From positions 1,116,001 to 1,180,000 of the forward strand of contig NC_087251.1 in NCBI RefSeq assembly GCF_037042905.1: DNA of 64,000 bases, read 5' to 3'. Positions within the stretch are counted from its first letter, which is position 1, and each line of letters opens with the position of its first letter. Source of the DNA: Lytechinus pictus. Lineage: Eukaryota. Under the pieces are notes generated by a model, which worked only from the letters and a program-made list of their open reading frames with translations, was not told the DNA's origin and made no database searches. A program made the translations under genes and the position numbers. Shown here piece after piece: positions 38,064-48,601 of the stretch.

Positions 38064-40066
38064 TCATGCTAGGTGACTAAAATCTGGATGGAAATAAAAA
38101 ATAGAATGGAAACAAAATCAACAGATACTCATAAGATTTGAAATGAGTACTATCATAGAATCAAATTATGTTTTGTCTTGTCTTCGGTTAAGTGGGCATA
38201 TGCAGACTTGCTGTATTCTGCCAACTTCATTGATGAGTGTGAGATCACCGAGTAAGCAGGTCACTTACCAGACCAAAAGCTTCAGTCTCTGTATTTTGGT
38301 TGTTCCGCTGAACTGCGTTGGCTCACTCACCAATACATTCAATGGGGATGATAGTAAAATGCCAGAAATTGTTAAATAAATCCCCAGAAACGATGGTTAT
38401 TCCTGTCTAGTCACTTACTAGGTTTTTGAGTGATTTTACATTTGAAAGAGTCCAATGAGTTGATGTTATGAGGGGGGGGGGGGGTGAAATTTCAATGATT
38501 ATAACTTTTACTGATTTATTGCTCGAGGATAATCAGTAGACCCTAATTTCTTTAGAAATATCGAATGCATTTTTTTATCATAATCATGTCAATCGGATGA
38601 TAAATCATGAAAAAACAATTCTCCCTAATTTTAAAGAGCTGATTGAAAACATTTATTTGCAAGAATTTACTAATTTCCAGATCTGCAGAGATTGCAAAGA
38701 TGATCAATCAAAAAGTTATGTTGGGAAGAGATTTTTCTTACTCTGGGTACTTAAGTTGCAAAACTCAGTCAAAGCATATCATGTGAAAATACTGAAATGC
38801 TCAGAAAAAATCCCTAGGAAGGCCAGTGATATAATATACCTTTAGTTTAAAAATGAAATCTCTGCAAACTTCTTTTTTTTTTCATCATTCCCTTCCTGCT
38901 TTGCCATTTTTGGCAAATAGAATAGATACATCACTGGGAAAAACATAAATTCCTGCAAGTGCGACTGTGAGTGTCAAGAAGCCAAATTTTGACTTAATAA
39001 AAAAATAATTCCTTAAAAGTTAAAAGAAGTTTCATGTCAATTTCATCAAGACTATTATTATGAGGGCATCTTAAACCCTGAATGTAGTCGGCACTGCAAT
39101 TCACTAGATTTTTTTTTCAATTCAATTTATTTCAATCATAAAATCATAAAATATATAGGGCCTATGGCCCCGGGGGGGGCACTCGACCAAAAAAGTGGTA
39201 GGGGTGTGCCGCGGGCGAGACAAAAAACGGGGGCCTTGGAGCGGGTTCATTGTAAAAAGGAGGGTCCTCGGAACGGGCTTCGGAACTACAAATGTTTGTG
39301 AAAACGGGGGTCCTTGGAACGGGTCGCCTGCGTGCGAGTGCGTATGCATCCCTATGGAACGTATTTGCAGCTAGCTCGGCGGCACGACTGACGGGCGCGC
39401 TAGCGCAGAGGCGATGGTCGGACAGCGAGCTGCGGCCGCTTTTCACCAAAATTGCGACCGGAACGGCGTAACGGAAAATATGCAAAGCCCTGGAGCGGAT
39501 TTTTTTTTTCTTTTTTCTCGAGAAGAAGAAAGTGCTATGCTCTGGAGCGGCTTTCTTTGTTCTTTTTCTCAATAAGACAAAAATGCTATGCCTCGGAACG
39601 GAAATTTGAGTGTAAAAATGGGGGTCCCCTCCGCGGCACATACCCACTATGCATTATATACTGAGTGCCCCCCCCGGGCCTATGGCTATAGGGCCTAGGG
39701 CCTATACAAAGTAACGTGAAACAATCGAGATTCAATGAATCTAATGAATGAAATTGGAGACTAATAGTAATATGAATTGAAAGTTAAAAAAAACCTTGTG
39801 AGTCATAGTCCCCTAAAACATTCTACTTTTAACTTACTTGACTTGTTTGGAAAATGTCTCTTTTCTCTGTGTGTCCTGTCGTTGACTTGGAATGTGCATC
39901 TTGCTTCGCTCTCAGGTCGACCCTGTTTATCGCTGAAGACAGAACTTTTGAAGTTATCAGAATGGTGTTTTCTCTCTGCTTTACACCAATCTTGCAGCGG
40001 ACTCAGCTCGACAGCACACCACGACTCACGCTGATTATTCATCTCGTACATTTTCTGGGGATCCAT
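38064..40066 (-). CDS. SPATA45: SPATA45-like (C1orf227) microprotein, 2 exons, 82 aa
   Basis: Exon 1 40066-39838 (MDPQKMYEMNNQRESWCAVE...ERKHH...HREKRHFPNKS, donor GTAAGT, phase 1) joins exon 2 38083-38064 (acceptor ttttttatttccatccag; NFSHLA*). Matches recalled human SPATA45 motifs RESNCLVE and ERKHFPPKN, its tiny last coding exon, and its position next to TATDN3. Confidence 0.8.
39169..39678. mobile_element. Non-autonomous DNA transposon with G-run TIRs in the SPATA45 intron (superfamily unassigned)
   Basis: [19 protein letters not shown] / GAGTGCCCCCCCCGGG; perfect 8-bp TSD CCTATGGC (39161-39168, 39679-39686); internal GGAACGG repeats. Confidence 0.85.
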
Positions 40067-41350
40067 GATGAGTTTAAATTTAAAACAATTACAATGAACA
40101 GTTTTTCACATCAACTTCAAAATGAGAATACGATAAGTATAACTTATAAGCTCGATAAAAATAACGTAGAATGGCTACACTACTTGATATGATTTGAGCT
40201 TGCTTTGCTGCAAAAAGTGCAAGGACAACGGACTGTGTGCATGTGTTGAGCTAATCGCGTCACCAATACCAACATAATTGCACGTGTAACAAAAACCAGC
40301 TGTGTGTATAATATAAACAAGGGTTTGTTTAGGGGATGACCCGCATGCCTAGCAACAGACAGCTCCCTCTCGTGAGCTAGCTGAGCGTTTTAAAAGTACG
40401 ATAAATTAAACTCTACCCTATACTACCATACCACTTCCTTTTATTTCCGTGTCAACTACTTTTGTGGAACACTTTTCCAGAATCATATTCTAATCAGTGG
40501 CGAATGGTGGATTATCCTCCTAAAAAAATGAATAAATGAATAAACAAAATAAAATAAGAAAATATTTACAAATAAATAAATTAACATAAATAGATAAAAA
40601 TCGCTCAAGCCCCCGGCGGCCCCAACAAAAAAATGACCACTAAGAAAAAATTAATACAAAATGTCATGTGTACGTAGGCCATATGCGTATTGTATGCAAT
40701 GTACGTAATATCCCATTCATGTCGGCAAGTGCTCTAAAATAAAATATTTTACCATTCAGATTTTTATTTTATAAAAAGGCCCTCTTATAATACAAAAGTT
40801 CTATTCCAATTTTACTTTGTCTAATTTCGGAAAAATATTTGGTGATCCGGATGATAAATACATATCCTACTTATTTTTATTATTGAAATACTTCATCTTC
40901 ATATGTAAATTCATACAGCAAAGTTGTTCCAAACTTTGGATTATTTAGATCCTTCGTTATAAGAAGCAAAAAGAAATTGCTTGGCCAAAAAAAAAAGACA
41001 CAAACTCCGACTCGGCTCATAAAGAAATGGAAGCTTGAATAAAAAAGGCCTTGTTTAAAATGTAACCTGTTTACTGTGTACATTGGGCATACAAATACCT
41101 GCCATCAAAGTTATAACCGTATTCTGTTCTAGAGTGTATATGGCCTTAAGTTTTGCGCATGCTTTAATCATTGTGCCCGGGCGTTGTGTAGTATTTGGCA
41201 TTTCAATTTTATTGGTGGGATGATATTATCATAATACACCCCCGGAAATATATTCCCCACGTGATCGGGAATTTACAAAGAAATATGTTTGAAAGCATGC
41301 ATCATTAAGTATCCCCTTCTTCAAATACTTCATTGTTCTTTATTGGAACC

Positions 41351-42230
41351 CAGGCGCGTAGCCAGGGGGGCGGTGGGGGCGGTCGCCCCCCCAAAAAAAA
41401 AAAAAAAAAAAAAACGTCCCCCCCCCAAAAAAAAAAAGGGAAAAAAGAGAGGAGAAAAGGAAAAGGGAAGGGAGGAAAGGGAAGAAAGGTAGCTTTGTGT
41501 TTTTTTTTCTTTTTATTCTTTTTTTTTCTCAAAAGAGAAACTCCTTCACTCTTGCTCTAAATTTATATATATGGATTTTGCTTCCGCGCTGCGCGCGGTT
41601 AAATGACAATATTGAAGATCTCCATTCTTTCCCCCACCCTTTCTCTAACCCTGTTTTTCTACCTCAGCTATAATGTGTTTCTTGCCAGTTAAAGTTCAAA
41701 TGTATACATTAGGGCATGGAATTAGAGTAAGGTTAGTATATGAAGTTATCTTTTTTTTTATTGATCGCGCAACTTCTGGTCGGGTCGGCTCCGGGCGGGT
41801 GAAATCTTTATATCAATTTCTGCCGCCACCTCCATAAAGTCAAATTCTCCCACTTTTCAGCTCATTACTAAACAACCATAATTTTGGGGGCAAACAGGTT
41901 TCTAATTTAAAAAGAGGAAGGTATAAAATTCGTATCGTATTAAATAAAAAAGTACAATATTTTTTATCAAATTCTTCATGTCATTTCCCTGCACGTTCAA
42001 AATCACAATATAGTCAACTGAATTGGAGCTGATATATAGGTACAAGAGACAAGAGAGACGGCTCCTTTTCATTTTAATTTATGAAACACCAAAAGCTTCG
42101 CGCGGGAGGGGGAAACTCCCCCTCCCTGCACCCACCCCCTAGGGAGCACGCTTCGCGCGCTCTGTAAGTGTTGGCACGCTTCGCGTGCATTTACCGCCCC
42201 CTCCAAAATGAAATCCTGGCTACGCGGTTG
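41351..42230. mobile_element. hAT-type MITE
   Basis: TIR CAGGCGCGTAGCCAGG / CCTGGCTACGCGGTTG; perfect 8-bp TSD TTGGAACC (41343-41350, 42231-42238). Confidence 0.88.
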
Positions 42231-42631
42231 TTGGAACCATAGTAAATAAAGTTCACTGTCAAACCATATTCACAAAAACATTGTTTTGTCTTGTCAATCT
42301 GAGACACTATTTAGAAGAGATGTATTGTCTATCAACCTAAAACTGATTTTACATACGTATTATTCTCCCCATGCAACCAGCCAACTCAGACACCTCATCC
42401 CTCTTTCTCCTCTCTCGTTCTTTCTCTTTCTTTTCTCACCCAGGGCCCTGGGAACGATTTTTTCAGTGGGGGTGCTGAAATCTCTCCTCAAAGGTGGGGG
42501 GGGGGGGGGCACAATTGAGTTTTCCATTGTTCTTTTACACACACACACACGCACATTCACATATATATATATATATATATAATGAGATGAGGCGAGGCCA
42601 ACTCAACAGATGACGCAGGACACCATTATTT

Positions 42632-42671
42632 GCTTTAGCTTTCGTCTTTTAATTGAGACTTCGTCAGAAGC
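42632..42671 (-). ncRNA. Minimal type I hammerhead ribozyme motif (Penelope-like)
   Basis: Minus strand GCUU-CUGACGA-A-GUCU(caauuaaa)AGAC-GAAA-GC-UA-AAGC: helix I, catalytic core, helix II and palindromic AGCU helix III. Confidence 0.6.
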
Positions 42672-42776
42672 GTCTGAAAAACGTCTGAAAAAAATCTGTT
42701 GAGTTGGCCTCGCCTCATCTCATTATGTTTAATATTCACAACTCAACAGCGATTGGTAGAAGTAAACTTATCATCA

Positions 42777-42827
<51 letters not shown>

Positions 42828-42847
42828 TTGGATTGCTTAACTAAGCT

Positions 42848-42885
42848 AGTCGTAGACTGTTTCACCCTAAGGCTCATCAGCGACT
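42848..42885 (-). ncRNA. Second minimal hammerhead ribozyme-like motif
   Basis: Minus strand AGUCG-CUGAUGA-GCC(uuag)GGU-GAAA-CAGUC-UA-CGACU. Confidence 0.55.
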
Positions 42886-42946
42886 CAGCTCTTTCACAGT
42901 CGAGCACTATATTAGATATTTCAGTATATCACAACTTACTTACTTA

Positions 42947-42991
<45 letters not shown>

Positions 42992-43977
42992 CAGTGTGTA
43001 TCAAAAAAAAGTTTACACTTAGTAAAAATCCTGTAAAATTATACACTTGTAATATCCTGAAGATTTTTCCACATTTTAACATTGGTACAGGTCCATTTAA
43101 GCAAATGACGATATAAAGTTACTGGAAAAATATTTCCGCTTGAGTGAGCACCACTTACTTTTGAAAAGTTAGGGGAAAATGATTTGCGCAGAACTTTGAA
43201 ATAGTTATGCGAATAAAAATAGACCTTAATTATGAAGAACACGTGGAATTTAGCTAGTAAAAATTATTTGAAGATATCCTTTACCTTTTTTAACTTGTTT
43301 CCTTGCCCAAAACACTTCGAAGAGTGACTCTTGCGCCACCCACTCCCCCACACACCGAGGCCATCGTGACGATATTTGCTTTACACTGAGCTGTGATTTA
43401 CATGACTGCATGGCTTAGGCTTGATTTTCATTTTGTTAATCATTGTCAAGCTTGGGAAAAGTGTGGATAAACAAGTATTTAATGAAAAATTAAATATAAA
43501 CCCTCTTTAAATGGTAAAAATTTAGTGAAAAAATGCTGGAGATGTCTGAAATAAACTTTTGTTCAGATTCAGTTATGTCCTCAGATCCAGCTGGCACTAA
43601 AAGGGTAAAGGTTGTGCTTACTAAGTGTTGAAATTTCAATTTGGGTGGCAAAATTGTTACAAAATGCTTGAAGGTATCCGTTTTATTTCAATTGACTAAA
43701 AGTGCAAGGGAAATATATGAGAAATGTTTCGCAGGGTAAGTTTGATTTCTCCCTTTCCCCTTGACACAGCGTGAAAACGAGCATATCTGCGCAAACAGAT
43801 TTCTGCGAGCTTTACAAAAATGGACAGTGCTCACGCAAGTGTAACATTCTGTCATAATTTTTACTTTCATTGGATAGATGAGACCCAAACCCAAGAATAT
43901 GTGAAAAATTACCCACATGTATATCTTTTAATTCCCAGGGCTTTTTCAAAGTGTAAACTTTTTTTTGATACGCACTG
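42992..43977. mobile_element. Tc1/mariner-type MITE inserted in a (TA)n microsatellite
   Basis: TA|CAGTGTGTATCAAAAAAAAGTTTACACTT ... AAGTGTAAACTTTTTTTTGATACGCACTG|TA; same TIR tip as 12942-15265. Confidence 0.88.
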
Positions 43978-44249
43978 TATATATATATATATATATATAT
44001 AATTCGAGCGCGAAGCGCGAGTTAATTTTTTTAGGAAATTTCATGTATTTTGTTCTGAAAATAATTGAACATTTTGAGCAATGTTTGTGGTCCTGAACAA
44101 GATGCGTATATAACAAATAATAACATGCGAGCGAGATCAGCGCGAGCAGATATCTTTAATATACGCTCTGGCCTGATCGAAAGGGATCTGTTATAATGAC
44201 TGTTTGCAGTTACCCATTATGAAACTCCATCTGAACAAATTTTTAAAAT

Positions 44250-44900
44250 ATTATCTTAGCCAAAAATACGCAATGTATTTTTTAGAGCATCTTGCTTAAT
44301 GGTTCATAAATGTTTACACGAAGCTGCTCCTCAGGTGCTTTGTGATAAGTTTATTTATATAGAAGAAGTATCCTCTCGAACAACTAGGAGCAGAAATATG
44401 ATGATAATCATGGTGCCATAATTATGCTCGTACAACCTTTTACCAGAAATCATATTTTGTCACAGGCCCATTGCATTGGAATGGAATTACCCAAACACCT
44501 CCGATTCATAGAAGACATTAAACAGTTTAAACGGGAAATGGCAAAATGGGGAAAAAACATCTGATATGTAATAGGGACTAATGGTGGAATCTATTTTATT
44601 CTTTTTCCTCATTTTGTACATATCTCATCTTTTTCATGTGTATATATGATTTTCGTTTACTTTTAGGTAACATTTTGTACAGTATCATATTTTATCTATT
44701 TTGTTATTTTCCATAGTTAATTACGATTATTTTAATTTCTCAATTTTTCAATATTAGTATTTATGCTCTATTCTTTGTTTATATTCGAATGTGTCACCAT
44801 GTTTTATATTTGTGTTTGTTTACGAAGGGCCCCAACAAAAACCAGCTTGTTGCTGATTGGGCTATACCCTTTTTTTTAATATTTGAAATAAATAAATAAA
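44250..44900 (+). mobile_element. LINE (L2/Crack-like) 3' fragment
   Basis: Decayed ORF2 end (LMVHKCLHEAAP...FYQKSYFVTGPLHWNGI), 3' stem-loop and (AAAT)n tail. Confidence 0.6.
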
Positions 44901-45352
44901 TGAAGACGATGCATATATCAACAATCAAATAATGCGAGCGCGAAGCTCGAGATGAAAAATTTGACATTCTGACATAATGCTAGACATTCTAAGCACTTTT
45001 TTGTAATCATGAACAGGATAGACAATAACTATACACTTGATGCGAGCGCGGAGCGCGAGCGGAAATAAAAAGGAGATTTTAGATCTAAAAACTGGACATC
45101 TTAAGCACTTTTCTAATCATGAACAGGATAGGTATATGTATAACTATACAATAATATTGATGCGAGCGCAAAGCGCGAGCGGAAACAAAATTGAGATTTC
45201 AGACCTGAAAACGGGACATTTTATTCATGTTTTGTAAATCAAGAAAATGATGGGTAATTTGATATTTTCCTACGTTTATAATTTGAGCGCGAAGCGCGAG
45301 CAGAATATTTTTTATATTCTGATCTGAAACTTAATAATTTACACACGTTTAA

Positions 45353-47145
45353 AGGGGTACTCCAGACTGAATGTAATATGGTTTGAACATAAAAAAAATA
45401 TCAGACGAACAACAGAATGAAGATTTATTTATTTATTTATTTATTTATTGATATATTCATATTCCACAATCATCAAAGTACATTTATAATAAATCATTTT
45501 AACACTAAAAAAAATGCATAACACACAGGATTGAAACGTAGCAATGAAATGAAAAAAGTGGAGGGGTCTACGAAAAAGCAAAGCTTGTAAAATGTAGACC
45601 CCCTATCAAAATTTTATACAAGGGTAATATGATATAAGTAGAGTAAAATAATCAGCAAAATTCTATAAAATTATATATAAACACTGTAACACAAATGGAT
45701 TTACACTATATACAAAATTAAATATTGACTTTAAAATAATCAATAATACCGTGGGTAAGTATGAGGTTCACAAAATATTTGATTGAATCAATAAGAATTC
45801 AGAATAAATTGTTTGATGAGTAATTTAAATCGGTTTAGATTAGCTGCCTCTTTTATTACTCTGTCCAGAGAATTCCAGAGTTTTGGTCCTGTGAAAAATA
45901 CAGTTTTGCTAGAAAATACTGTTCTACTTTTGGGTAAGTGATAGTCATTTGAATGTCTCGTATTATATGAATGTAAAGTATTGTTTCTCATAAATTTCTT
46001 TTGTAGGACATTAGGTACACTATTTCTATCTAGCTGATACATGAATTGGAATAGTTGTAAGCGGTACAGGTCATTGACTTTAAGGATACGTTTATGACGA
46101 AACAATTCATCTGTATGAGCTCTAAAGGACATATTGCATATTATTCTCAGTACTTTTTTCTGAAGTAGCAAGACTTTATTGAGTCTCGTTTGAGAGGCAT
46201 TACCCCATGCCAGAATTCCATAATTAAGATATGGTAGAATTAATGCACAATACAACATGGATAGCGCCTGTGCTGGAAGAGCGTTTTTAAGCTTATTGAT
46301 GACTCCAATATTTCTTGACCAGTAATCACTCTTTAACAAATGATTTCCTTGAATTAATGTTATCTTCTACTTTTTTGCCTATTATTTCTAGACCAACCCG
46401 TATTACTGATCATTCTGCTACGCTTATAGATAATATATTCTGTAACTCTCACCCTCTTCCGAAAGCTGGCATTGTAACGACAGACATATCCGATCATTTT
46501 CTTATTTTTACCCATATCCAAATAATGCAATCACTCGCAAAAATGGAAAAGAAATATAGGATCTGTCGCAACTTTAGTGATAAAAATATTGAACGCCTTC
46601 AAGAAGATTTAAGCTCTGTTGATTGGTCTGACGTTTATAACTCCGTTTAAAAATCAGACAAGGAATATCAAAATTATTGCAGTTTAAAGGTTAACATTAT
46701 TCCGGTGAATAGCTTTAGGCATGTCTTCATTAATATTCAAGGAGCAAATTGATGATGCCATATCCCCACTTGTTCTTTCGTATTTTATTACATAAAATTG
46801 GGTTTATTCAATATTTTCACTTCAAGAACCGAAACAATTGAATTGACAACTGATTAAGTCCATTAGATATTCTTTGCTGAAACTTATTTCATTATAAGGG
46901 AGATGTATCATTCACACTGGTATGAAAAAATGAAACAATTTTGATTCCATGTAATAACAAAACTTAAGAAAAAGGATAGTGGGGATGTGACATCAACCCA
47001 CCTACTAAATATTCATGACGACATGCATATCACCGTTTTCACAAAATATTGATAAACTTTAGAATTAAATAACTTTTTTGATAAAATTTGTTTAAAATTT
47101 TGATAAAATGTATTTGATATAAATATTTTAGCCCGGAGTACCCCC
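45353..47145. mobile_element. Kolobok-type MITE interrupted by a LINE
   Basis: TTAA|AGGGGTACTCC ... GGAGTACCCCC; the body resembles other Kolobok MITEs here and is split at about 45423-46648. Confidence 0.65.
45423..46648 (-). mobile_element. L2/Crack-like LINE, 5'-truncated, with an inverted 5' segment
   Basis: (TTTA)n tail at 45423-45448; minus ORF 45788-46339 is an RT C-terminus (LYCALILPYLNYGILAWG...GPKLWNSL); plus ORF 46315-46650 is an endonuclease C-terminus (PTRITDHSATLIDNIF...ISDHF). Confidence 0.8.
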
Positions 47146-48233
47146 AAAACAAGCTGCGTATCTGCATAAACATGCGTGTGCGTGTTAAGATTCAGACCTA
47201 GTATCTGGGCATTCTAAATAATTTTTTTAATATAAAAATCAATAATGCGAGCGCGAAGCGCGAGCAGAGAATATTTGATATTCCGATCTGGAAAAGGGTG
47301 AATTTAAACACTTTCCAAGTACTATGTCGGAAAATTCTGTAGGGGGGTCTACAAAACGTCGTTTATTTTCAATACATTTCTGTCATTCATCATACCTACT
47401 AGATTTCCAGGAAATACCTATGGAAAATAACACACGCAGCACCCCAAAGAAAATTTTGGGCCATGGGTTAGGGCGAAAAAGACTGAAATTTGATTTCTAT
47501 TGTCTGACTTGTAATATACAAAACACCAGCGGTCGGGCGCGCGCACACTTGATTCGACATAACACCTGGAATTTTCAAGTCCAACCCATAGAGATGTATA
47601 CTAATTAATTTTATCTCTATGGTCCAACCACACCAATGTCCCTCCCTGCAGTAGTTTGCATGGTTATCACGTATTGCGCGCGACCATGTCTGTATCGGAG
47701 TGCCGGAGCTTAATTGAGGAGGACAAGAGATATATGTTATTGGAATAATTGTGAAAGACAGTAGTAAATGATTTGTGATTGTCGGATGTGATAATTATGT
47801 ACATTATAACATATTTAAAAAATACAGGGGGAACCTGATTTCGTGGGGGTGCTGCCTATGGAAAATAATACACGCAGCACCCCCAGGAAAATTTCTGTTC
47901 CCAGGTCCATGTTCTCACCTATCAATATGTAAAGAGAATGGTTCAGTCATGTTGATCCTTATAGTGTTAAATCGGTACAAAATGAGATATTGTATACCGG
48001 TACTTCAAACAATAAAAAAAAAAAAAATTGTGAGTGAGGGACATCATCGTCTGTCTCATTTGCATGTCACTATTTTGCTTTTTTTTTGCTTCCCGCTCGC
48101 ATCATTTTTATAGTGAGATCCCTCATGGCGTATCCTGTCCGAGCAGCATTGGGACATGATAGGAATCTGTTGAGCTGAAAAATCAAAGTTCTGGCTATAT
48201 TATGTATACGGGGTATTACCGTCTCCATAGCTA

Positions 48234-48601
48234 CATGGCACTGGGATGCGGGGGTGCTGGGAGTGCTGAAGCACCCCCAACATTTTCACAGGTGGTGCTG
48301 CGTGTATTATTTTACCAAAATGCATTAAATAATAATACCAAAAAAATAGCTTGCGCTTCGCGCTCGCACTATTTGAATAGGGCTTATGAGATTACTATTA
48401 TCTTGTTTTATAAGAAAATAGCTAGAAGTGACTGTTACGAATACCCCTTCAAAGAAACAATCATAAATCAACTTTGAGTGGCCGATCGGGGATAATATGG
48501 GTAAAAGATTTTCGCCCCCCCCCCCTATTGGCGAAGGCTGTATCCGCCCCTGAATTTATGCCTTCTTCAGCACCCCAGCCAAAAAAATTCCCAGGGCCCT
48601 G
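48234..48601. mobile_element. hAT-type MITE
   Basis: Termini CATGGCACTGGGA / TCCCAGGGCCCTG; flanks CATAGCTA vs CATAGATA (7/8). Confidence 0.6.

Larger units (their letters stand above)
42441..47911. mobile_element. hAT-type element swollen to 5.5 kb by nested insertions
   Basis: TIR CAGGGCCCTGGGAAC / GTTCCCAGGTCCATG; perfect 8-bp TSD TTCTCACC (42433-42440, 47912-47919). Confidence 0.8.

Noticed and set aside
38331..38402. Possible cassette exon in the SPATA45 intron (AG...GTGAGT, in frame)
   Set aside because: The acceptor lacks a pyrimidine tract and the peptide has no recognisable similarity.
39162..39647. 161-aa ORF and overlapping ORFs
   Set aside because: They lie wholly in a GC-rich TIR element and have no domain features.
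41289..41560. Lys/Gly-rich ORFs
   Set aside because: Homopolymer runs within the hAT MITE 41351-42230.
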